Shown here piece after piece: positions 18,757-27,725 of a stretch of DNA of 64,000 nucleotides (its first letter is position 1; every line of letters begins with the position of its first letter). Under the pieces are notes generated by a model that did no database searches, was not told the origin of the DNA, and saw only the letters and a list, made by a program, of their open reading frames with translations. Source of the DNA: an uncultured Rickettsiales bacterium (GTDB lineage: Bacteria > Pseudomonadota > Alphaproteobacteria > Rickettsiales > UBA1997); assembly GCA_905478245.1 (NCBI GenBank), contig CAJQHT010000030.1, forward strand, positions 4,351-68,350, in the 5' to 3' direction. The position numbers and the translations under genes are program-made.

Positions 18757-19818
18757 TTATGGAAAAATAGGAAGTAAATTTAAACCTTCTCTTTCGTCAA
18801 AGCCAAATAAAATATTCATATTCTGTACAGCCTGACCAGAAGAGCCCTTGGTTAAATTATCAATCACGCTAACAATAACCATTTTACCAGCAATTCGTGA
18901 CTCAAATAAAGCAATTTTACAATTATTAGTAGCTAAAACATCACGCGTAGAAGGATATCCACTAACTATTTCAACGAAATATTCATCTTCAAAATAAGTT
19001 TCAAGGGTATTTTTTGCATCTGAAATCTTTATATTATCATTTAAATCAACATAAATGGTTGAAATAATTCCTCGATTCATTGGCACTAAATGCGGAGTAA
19101 AGCTAATTTTAATATCATTAGAATTACTTACAAATTGCAATTCTTGCTCTATTTCCGCTAAATGACGATGAATATTAACATTATAGGCTTTTACACCTTC
19201 ATTAACCTCAGTAAATAGTAGGCTTTCTTTTAAAGCACGCCCTGCCCCGCTAATTCCAGATTTAGAATCAATAATAATATTATCTTGCTTGATAATTTTT
19301 GACTCAAGAAGTGGCAATAAAGGCAATAAAGCAGAAGTTGGATAACATCCTGGGCAAGCAATAAGGCGTGGTTGAGATTTTTTAATATCTTTTCGTACAA
19401 ATTCACTTAAGCCATAAATTGCCTCATTTTGTAATTCAGGAGAAATATGGTCAGACCCATACCATTTCTTATAATCATCAATATTTTTAAGACGAAAATC
19501 AGCAGATAAATCAATAATCTTTAAATGATCTAAATTTTTATCAATCAAGATATCGCCGATTATTTTCTGGCTAGTAGCATGTGGTAAGCAGCAAAAAACC
19601 AGATCAATCTCTTTTAAATTAATCTCTTCTAATTTTTGAATTTTAGGCAAATTATAGCTTGATAAATGAGGATATATATCCTTTATCTCTTTTCCAGCAT
19701 TGGCAAACGCAACTAAATTAACAATCTCAGCCTTTTGATGATTTAATAAAATACGAATCAACTCAACACCAGTATATCCAGAAGCGCCAATAATTGCTAT
19801 TTTTATTTTTTTCAACAT
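18757..19818 (-). CDS. argC: N-acetyl-gamma-glutamyl-phosphate reductase
   Basis: N-terminal IIGASGYTGVELIRIL, the active-site region PGCYPTS, and C-terminal DNLTKGSSGQAVQNMN. Confidence 0.93.
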   Translation of the reverse strand: MLKKIKIAIIGASGYTGVELIRILLNHQKAEIVNLVAFANAGKEIKDIYPHLSSYNLPKIQKLEEINLKEIDLVFCCLPHATSQKIIGDILIDKNLDHLKIIDLSADFRLKNIDDYKKWYGSDHISPELQNEAIYGLSEFVRKDIKKSQPRLIACPGCYPTSALLPLLPLLESKIIKQDNIIIDSKSGISGAGRALKESLLFTEVNEGVKAYNVNIHRHLAEIEQELQFVSNSNDIKISFTPHLVPMNRGIISTIYVDLNDNIKISDAKNTLETYFEDEYFVEIVSGYPSTRDVLATNNCKIALFESRIAGKMVIVSVIDNLTKGSSGQAVQNMNILFGFDEREGLNLLPIFP

Positions 19819-19833
19819 ATAATTAAATATTTA

Positions 19834-19852
19834 TTAAAGATGAGAATTGGTA
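19834..19852 (+). repeat. Solo MITE terminus (variant 1 right end), degenerate
   Basis: TTAAAGATGAGAATTGGTA is followed by TAA, 16 nt upstream of the argC start. Further element-like debris (GTCGTCAA..., ATACCATTTAA) follows up to about 19940. Confidence 0.45.
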
Positions 19853-19942
19853 TAACATCAAATCATAACAAAAGAAAATATAATTTTCAAGCCTATAGCA
19901 AGTCGTCAAATGATAATGACTTTCAAATACCATTTAATTCAC

Positions 19943-19980
19943 AAAAAAAAGGCCCTCTTTAAATATTAAAGAGAGCCTTT
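19943..19980 (-). terminator. Rho-independent terminator downstream of the OMP gene
   Basis: The minus strand reads AAAGGCTCTCTTTAATATTTAAAGAGGGCCTTTTTTTT. This is an approximately 11-bp stem with one mismatch and a short loop, followed by a T8 tract. Confidence 0.7.
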
Positions 19981-20022
19981 AAATAATATTTTGAATTCAA
20001 ATTAGAATTCTAAATAATTAAA

Positions 20023-20562
20023 TTAGAAATTAAAAGATACGCCTACTTTTACAACTTCATAGTCAGTTCTGAAGCTATCAGTTGTATTTAAAGCATCTTT
20101 TGTTTTACCAAACTCAGAAACTTCATAAGCAACACTAAGGTTAAGAGTGTCATCTAAAGCATAATCTAAACCAAGACCATAAATAAATGCTTCTTCAGTT
20201 ATGTCAGCGCCATTATCTATACGATTTTCTGAATGACCAATAGTTATAAAAGCTGCAACTTTATCATTAACATCATAACCAACATCAAGCTTAACGCCGT
20301 AGCTATATCTTAATTCAACAGTTTTAGCATTATTTTCATTAGCATTATTGTTGAAAAATACACCAGGAGCAATAAAGAAAGTATCAAGATCAATAACTCT
20401 TTTATAATTAACACCAACGCCAATATCAGAATTTGATTGAGTTTCAAAATTTGATCTAGTATTTAATAAATCAAGACCAATATAATTTCCAGCATTTTTT
20501 GCGCTTGCTAAAGATGCTAATAAAGAACCAATAATAGCACTAATAATAAATAGTTTTTTCAT
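20023..20562 (-). CDS. Small outer-membrane beta-barrel protein (OMP_b-brl/opacity-like family)
   Basis: 179 aa with a signal peptide (LLASLASA/KN), alternating beta-strand pattern and a C-terminal VGVSFNF ending in Phe. Confidence 0.7.
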   Translation of the reverse strand: MKKLFIISAIIGSLLASLASAKNAGNYIGLDLLNTRSNFETQSNSDIGVGVNYKRVIDLDTFFIAPGVFFNNNANENNAKTVELRYSYGVKLDVGYDVNDKVAAFITIGHSENRIDNGADITEEAFIYGLGLDYALDDTLNLSVAYEVSEFGKTKDALNTTDSFRTDYEVVKVGVSFNF

Positions 20563-20817
20563 AATTTTAAAAAAATTTAATTAATATTTAAATACTTAAA
20601 GAAAAATTAAGCATTATTTTAAAAATCAAACCGAGATTATTATTAGTAATAAAATCTGATTCAATAATTTGGCAACAAAATAGTTACAAATCAAATATTA
20701 ATGGATAAATTAATAATATTCAAGGAAAGTTAATATGGCTGTGTCATTTTTATACAACTCCTCAGGCCTTTATTTGCAAGGCTTAAGGATATATATACAA
20801 AAAACCATAAATAAGAA

Positions 20818-21405
20818 TTATTTTTTCATTTTCTTCATTTTCTTACGATATTTTCTAGGCTCAATAAAAGCTCCACGCCAAATGCCAAGCCTTTTTTCAC
20901 TGGCTATATCTTCAATTTCTTGCAACTTAGGATCAATTTTATTAAAAGAATAAAGTATTACCATGCCATTTTTAACCAAATTCATATTAATATTTTCTTC
21001 TTTTAAATAACAATCTCCTAAAAATCTATTATACATATCTTTCTTTTTATATTTACAGGTAACAAATTTACCATTAATCATATCTTGTAAGAATTTAGCT
21101 GATATTTTGCCGCAATCATATTCAACATTATCCTCATCAAAACATGTTTGCTTATATTCCGGGGCATCAATATTAATTAATCTTATTTCATATTTCTTAG
21201 AATTATCTAAAAGCAAAACAGAATCACCATCTAAGGCGCGAGCAATACCTGAGATTTCTTTTATTTCAATTATTGGACTTAAAACTTCTGCAGCTAATAA
21301 ATTCTTACTTTGCAAACTATCGCCCTGCATAATCCCAAAGCCAACCCAAAATAAAAATCCTGAAATTAAAATTATAAGTGGAATATTTTTAACTTTTTTT
21401 AACAT
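20818..21405 (-). CDS. Membrane-anchored thermonuclease (staphylococcal nuclease, SNase) family protein
   Basis: N-terminal TM helix, then the SNase pattern DGDSVLL...IRLINIDAPE...DCYL...NMNLVKNGMV...ASEKRLGIWRG. The C-terminal tail is Lys-rich. Confidence 0.75.
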   Translation of the reverse strand: MLKKVKNIPLIILISGFLFWVGFGIMQGDSLQSKNLLAAEVLSPIIEIKEISGIARALDGDSVLLLDNSKKYEIRLINIDAPEYKQTCFDEDNVEYDCGKISAKFLQDMINGKFVTCKYKKKDMYNRFLGDCYLKEENINMNLVKNGMVILYSFNKIDPKLQEIEDIASEKRLGIWRGAFIEPRKYRKKMKKMKK

Positions 21406-21457
21406 ATTAACAATTCTCTTTTATTATTTTTAATCATTTTAAAAATGGAGCTTGACG

Positions 21458-21527
21458 TTAGAAATGAATTAAATTCTAAATATTTTTTAGGTAAAATTGT
21501 TAAAAAACGAGTCGTAATATTAGCAGC
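21458..21527 (-). repeat. Partial MITE (variant 2 arm plus centre, no terminus)
   Basis: TTAGAAATGAATTAAATTCTAAATATTTTTTAGGTAAAATTGTTAAAAAACGAGTCGTAATATTAGCAGC matches the reverse complement of the right arm of the 5369 element. It ends at the stop codon (21528-21530) of the hydrolase gene. Confidence 0.65.
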
Positions 21528-22379
21528 TTAATTAATTAATTTTCCCCATATTTCTGGCCATTTTTCATATTCATGATCAGCTTCTTCAATTAATTTAAAC
21601 TTCGCCTTATCGCTCTTAGAATAATTATTTACAAGATCAACAAAATCCTTTATAACATGATCAAAAACAATTTGATCATTACCTCCAGCTAAATGCAATT
21701 GATCAATTTTAAAAATTTTATCAATAAAATCAGCAGGATTTAGAGATAAAAATAGAGCTGTAGTCTGATGAATTTTACCTAATTTTTCATGATCTAAATT
21801 CGCCGCTATGGTTTTAATTGAAACAACATCATTTCGCAAAGAGGCAACCAAAACAGCCAAACCACCACCTCCAGAAAAACCATATAGATTTACTTTTTTA
21901 AAATTATATTTTTCTTTAATTTTATTAATAGCCTGATTCGTGGATCTAACAATTTTTTTTGAGAATCTAGCTCTTGACCAAAAATCAGAATTTTGACAAT
22001 TTTTATCATTATTAAAAGAAATATACTGACAAGGTCTAGCAAGATAAAGGATATTTTGAGATTTATCACTCAATGCCATTTTTAAAGAAATTGGATTAAT
22101 TGGAGTAGGGTTTTTAGATAGTCTATTGCGACTTCTCAATGCAAGACCATCTCCTTCTATATAAATATTTAAAATCTTATTATTGGGATTGGTAATTTTT
22201 TGATAAGAAAATAAATAAAAATCATCAGTTTTAATATTTTCCGACCTAAATTCTGTGTTTTTTACTAAATTATCAGCATATTTTACTCTATTTTTTACCC
22301 ATAGCATATTACCACAAGACGAAACAGCTAACAACATCAATAATAATGCTGTTTTTCTAAAAATATGCCAATTTTTCAT
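21528..22379 (-). CDS. Lipoprotein, alpha/beta-hydrolase fold (putative esterase)
   Basis: Signal peptide with lipobox LAVSSC, the nucleophile elbow GFSGGG, and a conserved NPTPINP...YLARPCQY block. Confidence 0.6.
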   Translation of the reverse strand: MKNWHIFRKTALLLMLLAVSSCGNMLWVKNRVKYADNLVKNTEFRSENIKTDDFYLFSYQKITNPNNKILNIYIEGDGLALRSRNRLSKNPTPINPISLKMALSDKSQNILYLARPCQYISFNNDKNCQNSDFWSRARFSKKIVRSTNQAINKIKEKYNFKKVNLYGFSGGGGLAVLVASLRNDVVSIKTIAANLDHEKLGKIHQTTALFLSLNPADFIDKIFKIDQLHLAGGNDQIVFDHVIKDFVDLVNNYSKSDKAKFKLIEEADHEYEKWPEIWGKLIN

Positions 22380-22399
22380 TATTTATCCCCTTAATTTTA

Positions 22400-22576
22400 C
22401 TAATTTATCTTACGAGCTTCATCAATTAACATAATAGGTATATTATCTTTTATTTCATAGGCAAGACCAGATTCCTTACAAATTAATTCTTGATTTTCTT
22501 TATCATAAATTAAAGATTTTTTACTTTTTGGACAAACTAGAATATCTAATAATTTTGGTGAGATTTCTTTATTCAT
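22400..22576 (-). CDS. Trm112/YcaR (UPF0434) family small protein; not in the ORF track
   Basis: Own translation gives [58 protein letters not shown] (58 aa, TAG stop at 22400-22402). The LLDILVCP...L...C....AYPI.DGIPIML..EAR pattern is typical of this family. Confidence 0.8.
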   Translation of the reverse strand: MNKEISPKLLDILVCPKSKKSLIYDKENQELICKESGLAYEIKDNIPIMLIDEARKIN

Positions 22577-22668
22577 TGATTTTTACTAATTTAAATTATA
22601 ATATTATGGCAATACCAACATTCACCAAAGGCAAAATAGTAAAACTAATTATATCTACAGAAAATAAA

Positions 22669-23721
22669 ATGGCAAATAAAATTATTGGCATATTCGGCGG
22701 AGGACAGCTCGGAAAGATGAGCTGTGAAGCTGCTCATAAATTAGGTTTTAAGACTGCTATTTTTTGCCCAGAAAAAAATGCCATTGCCAGTAAAATTGCC
22801 AGTAAAAATTTCTGTGCTAATTATGAAGATAAAAAATCCCTAGATGCATTTATAAAATATGTCGATATTGCTTCTTTGGAATTTGAAAATATTCCAACCT
22901 CAACTATAGAATATGTTTCCAAGAAAATTCCAACATTTCCAAAAGCAGATATCTTAAAAATCACTCAAAATCGCTTATTAGAAAAAAACTTTTTAAGAAC
23001 AAGCGGAATTAATGTTACCAACTTTAAAGAAATAACATCTTTAAAAGAACTAGAAGAAGGTTTAAAATTATTTAACAATAAAGCCATTTTAAAAACTGCC
23101 ACAATGGGATATGATGGCAAAGGTCAATATATATTAGACAAATATAGTGATTTAACAAAAATAATAGCAGAAAATCAAAAAAATATCTTGATATTAGAAG
23201 AATTCGTTCAATTTGAACAAGAAATATCAGTTATAATAACCAGAAATGAAGCAAAAGAAATATCTTGCTACGATCCATTAACTAACATACATAGGAATGC
23301 TATATTGGATGAAAGTATATATCCAGCAAATATAAGTAATAATGTTAAAGTAAAATCTCAAGAAATAGCAAGTAAAATATCTAAATCTCTAGATCTAATT
23401 GGAATTTTAACAATTGAATTTTTTGTTTTACCAAATGGAGATCTGCTTGTTAATGAACTAGCACCTCGCCCACATAATTCTGGTCATTTTTCAATGGATG
23501 GAGCCATAACTTCACAATTTGAACAATTTATTAGAGCAATATCAGGTCTTGAATTTGGCAATAATCAATTCATCAAAACTGGAAAAATGAAAAACCTAAT
23601 TGGAGAAGATGTTAATAATACCTCTTTATATGAAAAGAATCCCAATGCCAAAATACATATTTACGGCAAAGAAGAAGTAAAAAAAGGCCGAAAAATGGGT
23701 CATGTGAATATCTTGGATTAA
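22669..23721 (+). CDS. purK: N5-carboxyaminoimidazole ribonucleotide synthase
   Basis: ATP-grasp enzyme with IGIFGGGQLGKM, LAPRPHNSGH and GRKMGHVN. I moved the start to MANKIIGIFGGG, because the track's 47-codon extension overlaps the Trm112-like gene. Confidence 0.9.
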   Translation: MANKIIGIFGGGQLGKMSCEAAHKLGFKTAIFCPEKNAIASKIASKNFCANYEDKKSLDAFIKYVDIASLEFENIPTSTIEYVSKKIPTFPKADILKITQNRLLEKNFLRTSGINVTNFKEITSLKELEEGLKLFNNKAILKTATMGYDGKGQYILDKYSDLTKIIAENQKNILILEEFVQFEQEISVIITRNEAKEISCYDPLTNIHRNAILDESIYPANISNNVKVKSQEIASKISKSLDLIGILTIEFFVLPNGDLLVNELAPRPHNSGHFSMDGAITSQFEQFIRAISGLEFGNNQFIKTGKMKNLIGEDVNNTSLYEKNPNAKIHIYGKEEVKKGRKMGHVNILD

Positions 23722-23780
23722 AAATACACAAAAATTAATAATCTTGATTTAAAAAATATAGATAAAACTATTTTTTAAAT

Positions 23781-23822
23781 AAAAATATTTAGAATTTAAT
23801 TCATTTATAAGTTAAAATGGTA
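23781..23822 (+). repeat. Half MITE (right arm of variant 2)
   Basis: AAAAATATTTAGAATTTAATTCATTTATAAGTTAAAATGGTA is almost identical to 5496-5537. Its flanking TTA (23823-23825) is shared with the next element. Confidence 0.75.
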
Positions 23823-23825
23823 TTA

Positions 23826-23998
23826 TACCAATTCCCATCTTTAAAATGGGTTAAAATAATAAATAATCTAACTTTATATTTTTTGATTAAAATCATAAAA
23901 AGCCTCGTTAAAATATGAAAATACTGACGACTCTTTTTTATAATTTTTATCTAAAAAATATTTTGCCTGTATCATTCATTAAAGCTTTAGAATTGGTA
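23826..23998 (+). mobile_element. Palindromic MITE-like element, variant 1 (full length, reference copy)
   Basis: 173 bp reading TACCAATTCCCATCTTTAAAATGGGTTAAAATAATAAATAATC...TGCCTGTATCATTCATTAAAGCTTTAGAATTGGTA. TTA flanks lie at 23823-23825 and 23999-24001; the latter is the lpxD stop codon on the minus strand. Confidence 0.9.
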
Positions 23999-25033
23999 TT
24001 ATTTAGCTGGCTTTTTTATTAAGCTTAATAATTTTAATGTCATTCTATGCCAATCACGAATTGGTAAAGCCGGGTAACCACCAACAGATTGCATTGCATC
24101 GACTGATTTAACCACACCGGAAGCGCCAGCTATCTTAGCTCCATCGCCAATTTCAATATGACCATTAACCGAAGCATTGCCACCAATTTGACAAAATCTG
24201 CCAACTTTAGTACTTCCAGCAACGCGAGAAGCTCCAGCCATCACTGTGCCATAGCCAATTTGCACATTATGGGCTATTTGAACAAAATTATCTAATTTTA
24301 CCTGATCGGAAATTATAGTATTCTCAATCGCACCGCGATCTATACAGCTATTAGCACCAATCTCAACATCATTACCTATTATCACCATGCCAATTTGTAA
24401 AATTTTATGATTTACACCTTGATCATGGGCAAAGCCAAAACCATCTTGACCAATTTTAGTGCCACTATGAATAATAATATTATCACCAATTTTACTATGA
24501 GAAATATTAACTAAATTTGAAATTTTAGCATTTTTACCAATTTCAACATTATCACTAATAACACTATTAACCCCAATAAAAGAATTATCGCCAATTTTTA
24601 CCTTATCACCCACATAAGCACCATCCATAATAGTCACATTCTGACCTAATTCGGCATTTTTACTAATTGTAGCAGTTTTAGAAATTTTATCATTAACTAT
24701 AATTTCATTCTCTTCAAAAAAATGATTTAATAGCTTAGCATAGGCAAAATATGGATTTTTATTAATTAAAGCAATAACATTTTCTGGTTTTTTTGGTAAA
24801 TTATTCTCACCAATAAAGCAAAAACCAACATTACTATCAATAAGCTTATTTAAGTAAGATCCTGAGCTTAAAAAAGAAATTTCAGTATTACTGCCAGCTT
24901 CCAAACTATTGATATTTGTTATTCTTTGATCTAAATCTATCTTAATATTAGTCTCTAAGGTTGAATCAGTTATTTTTAATATTTCTTTTAAAGTTAAAAA
25001 CTCAAACTTCTTTTTAAAAAATTTATTATTCAT
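23999..25033 (-). CDS. lpxD: UDP-3-O-acylglucosamine N-acyltransferase
   Basis: 344 aa with left-handed beta-helix hexapeptide repeats (IGDNxxI / IGxNxxI throughout) and an LpxD-type N-terminal domain. Confidence 0.92.
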   Translation of the reverse strand: MNNKFFKKKFEFLTLKEILKITDSTLETNIKIDLDQRITNINSLEAGSNTEISFLSSGSYLNKLIDSNVGFCFIGENNLPKKPENVIALINKNPYFAYAKLLNHFFEENEIIVNDKISKTATISKNAELGQNVTIMDGAYVGDKVKIGDNSFIGVNSVISDNVEIGKNAKISNLVNISHSKIGDNIIIHSGTKIGQDGFGFAHDQGVNHKILQIGMVIIGNDVEIGANSCIDRGAIENTIISDQVKLDNFVQIAHNVQIGYGTVMAGASRVAGSTKVGRFCQIGGNASVNGHIEIGDGAKIAGASGVVKSVDAMQSVGGYPALPIRDWHRMTLKLLSLIKKPAK

Positions 25034-25049
25034 ATTGTAATTTTTAGTA

Positions 25050-26075
25050 TTATTTAATAACGGTCTTTTTCTTTAATTTTATAGCTTCTTTTCTATCCTC
25101 AAGAGCTCTAAAATATACCTCAGAAATAAATCTAACACCCTTAGCTCCTCTTTTTAATTGTACCACAATTTCTACAACATTTTTAATATAATTCATAATT
25201 TCTGCAGGTTGCATGCCAAGACCAGCCTGCATCACCATTAATTTCAATTGCTCTAAGGCCATTTCTGGAGTATCGGCATGTAAAGTAGAAATAGAACCAG
25301 GGTGACCAGTATTAATTGCCCTTAAAAAACTAAAAGCCTCGGCGCCACGAAGCTCACCAACAATTATTCTATCAGGTCTCAATCTTAAACAAGCCTCTAT
25401 TAAATCTTGAGTATTAACATTAGCCCTACCTTGGCCACCTTTTGAAGCTAAAAGATGAACTCTATTTGGCTGCTCAGTTAAATCAATCTCTCTTGCATCC
25501 TCTACTGTAATTAATCTTTCGTCTTTTGGGATAGATTTTAACATAGCATTAGTAAAGGTGGTTTTACCAGTTGAAGTACCACCACTAATAATAATATTTT
25601 TTTTATATAAAACCGCCCTTTCTAAAAAATCCTTAATTCTACCCATATTGAGCAATTTCATCAAAACTAAATCATTTTTATCTTCCGTTGATTCAATGGC
25701 AGCATTTTTAAAAGCTCCCATCTTTTCATAATCGTCCAAACCCCAATTTAAAGAAGATTTTTTACGAATAGACATGATGACGCAACCTCTTTCACAGGCT
25801 GGAGGAAACACAACTTGAATACGATATCCTGCGGGTAAGGTAGCTGATAAAAGTGGCTCTTCTTCGCTAACCCTTTGATCAGTGGCCTGAGCCACAAGAC
25901 GCGCTAAAGATTTAAGATGCTCGAAATCAAAAGATGGTAGTTCATGAACTGACATATCCCCTCTTCTTTCAACCCAGATTTCTTTAGACTGATTAATGGA
26001 AACCTCACTTACACCATCCTGATCGAGAATTTTTTTTAAAGGCAGTAGATATGAATCTAAAGCTGCAATACTCAT
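25050..26075 (-). CDS. virB11: VirB11-family type IV secretion ATPase
   Basis: 341 aa with Walker [32 protein letters not shown], and the His box [14 protein letters not shown]. Confidence 0.8.
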   Translation of the reverse strand: MSIAALDSYLLPLKKILDQDGVSEVSINQSKEIWVERRGDMSVHELPSFDFEHLKSLARLVAQATDQRVSEEEPLLSATLPAGYRIQVVFPPACERGCVIMSIRKKSSLNWGLDDYEKMGAFKNAAIESTEDKNDLVLMKLLNMGRIKDFLERAVLYKKNIIISGGTSTGKTTFTNAMLKSIPKDERLITVEDAREIDLTEQPNRVHLLASKGGQGRANVNTQDLIEACLRLRPDRIIVGELRGAEAFSFLRAINTGHPGSISTLHADTPEMALEQLKLMVMQAGLGMQPAEIMNYIKNVVEIVVQLKRGAKGVRFISEVYFRALEDRKEAIKLKKKTVIK

Positions 26076-26100
26076 AAATCAAAAAATAAATAATAAATCA

Positions 26101-27627
26101 TTAAAAAGAAAATAACATACCAAGTAAAACAACATAACCGTTATTATCTTGTATTTGCCTCGCATCTTCACTTAGACTATCTTGATCAGTACCATCAACA
26201 TTAGCATGATTTGAATTAAATTCAAATTGAGTTACCTCCAAATAAGGCAGCAAACCTTTGGCTAACCTATAATCAACACCAATAGATGTTGCCTCATATT
26301 GATTCTCCTGAAAATTACTATTAATATGAGTAACACTAAAAGCAACAGGACCAAATTGATAAGCTAAACCAGCACTATAATAAGTTGCATCATCGAATTT
26401 TTTTGCATCAGCAGCAGAGCAATCCTGATTGGAAATAGTTTTTGAAGAATCATATTGGCAAGAATAAATTCCGCTTTTAGCATTTAAGGAATCACCCCAA
26501 GAACCATAAGAGCCACCAACAGTAAAGCCAAAATAAGTTGCCATAACACCAATATCATAAGCATTCAGATCATTAATTTGCTCCTCATAATAAACACTCT
26601 CTTCAGCCTTACCAACTTCACCGGTAATTGAAATAGCAACACCTAAATTATCAATATTATTAGAATAATTTGCCCCCCAACTAATAACATTTTGAATATC
26701 ACCACCTAAATTACCGCCAACACTAGCACTGCTGCCACTATTTCCAGTATCAGGAGTTATACTACCACCAAATTGCCAGCCTGAAATTCTTGGCGTATAA
26801 TAACTAATTTTTGTTGCATCTTCAAGTTCACCAAAACTACCATCTCCGCCATCAATAAAACCAACATTTATATAATTTTCTCCACCACCATTAGTTGTAT
26901 CAGCTGTATCATACTCATTATCATAATATCTATCATAAAAACCTTGAGCATAACCACCATGAGAAATAGGAGATTGTGGAATTAAAATAAATCTTGGCAA
27001 TTTTACCTTATCACAATCATCGCCAGCATCGGCATTTGCATAGCCATCGCAACTTCCAATTTGAGTAATTCCATCTTGACTAGAATCAGCAAGCATCGGA
27101 GCATTAACATATTCTAAATATTTACCATTAATACCACCAGCCGCTCTAGCAAATACAGATGGTCCAACTTTCATTTTCTGATTAGCGCCAATATTATTAC
27201 CAAACTCAAATCTACCTGTTCTTGATTCAGTAAAGACATAACTTTTATCAGCATTAACACCTTCACTTCTACCATCACTAGAAAGATCAGCCTCCAATTC
27301 AATAACAGCACCATATTTCATGCCAAATTCATTAATTCCACCCACCTTAATATGAATTTCAGAATCATTAGCAAAATCAGCGGAATTACTATGAGGATTC
27401 ACTGTTCCGTCATTATCAGCATTATTATCCGGCAATCTATCTTGATCAAAAATATCCTTATTATCACGCGCAGCAGCTGTAACATTAACAAAACCACCAA
27501 TAGTTACGGTTGGTTTATTGGTAAAATTATCAAAAGAAGCTCCAGAACTACCTGGAGATTGAGCAAATATATTATTAGAAAATAAGGAAATCAGAGAAAT
27601 AATTAGGGTTAATTTTATTTTTGACAT
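26101..27627 (-). CDS. Outer-membrane porin
   Basis: 508 aa with a signal peptide (SNNIFA/QS), glycine- and aromatic-rich beta-strand periodicity, an acidic loop region, and C-terminal LLGMLFSF. Confidence 0.75.
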   Translation of the reverse strand: MSKIKLTLIISLISLFSNNIFAQSPGSSGASFDNFTNKPTVTIGGFVNVTAAARDNKDIFDQDRLPDNNADNDGTVNPHSNSADFANDSEIHIKVGGINEFGMKYGAVIELEADLSSDGRSEGVNADKSYVFTESRTGRFEFGNNIGANQKMKVGPSVFARAAGGINGKYLEYVNAPMLADSSQDGITQIGSCDGYANADAGDDCDKVKLPRFILIPQSPISHGGYAQGFYDRYYDNEYDTADTTNGGGENYINVGFIDGGDGSFGELEDATKISYYTPRISGWQFGGSITPDTGNSGSSASVGGNLGGDIQNVISWGANYSNNIDNLGVAISITGEVGKAEESVYYEEQINDLNAYDIGVMATYFGFTVGGSYGSWGDSLNAKSGIYSCQYDSSKTISNQDCSAADAKKFDDATYYSAGLAYQFGPVAFSVTHINSNFQENQYEATSIGVDYRLAKGLLPYLEVTQFEFNSNHANVDGTDQDSLSEDARQIQDNNGYVVLLGMLFSF

Positions 27628-27725
27628 ATCAATTATTTAAATATTTAAAAAATCCAAAATCATCTACTGATATTCTTAAGTAAAATAAATTTTAGAATCT
27701 CTATTAAGATTAGAAGTAATTATGT

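Noticed and set aside
20760-20790. Possible terminator GGCCTT-TATTTGC-AAGGC downstream of the nuclease gene
   Set aside because: The stem is only 5 bp and there is no adjacent U-tract on the relevant strand.
22528-22668. N-terminal 47-codon extension of purK as given in the track
   Set aside because: It overlaps the Trm112-like gene on the opposite strand. The conserved ATP-grasp N-terminus begins right after the ATG at 22669.
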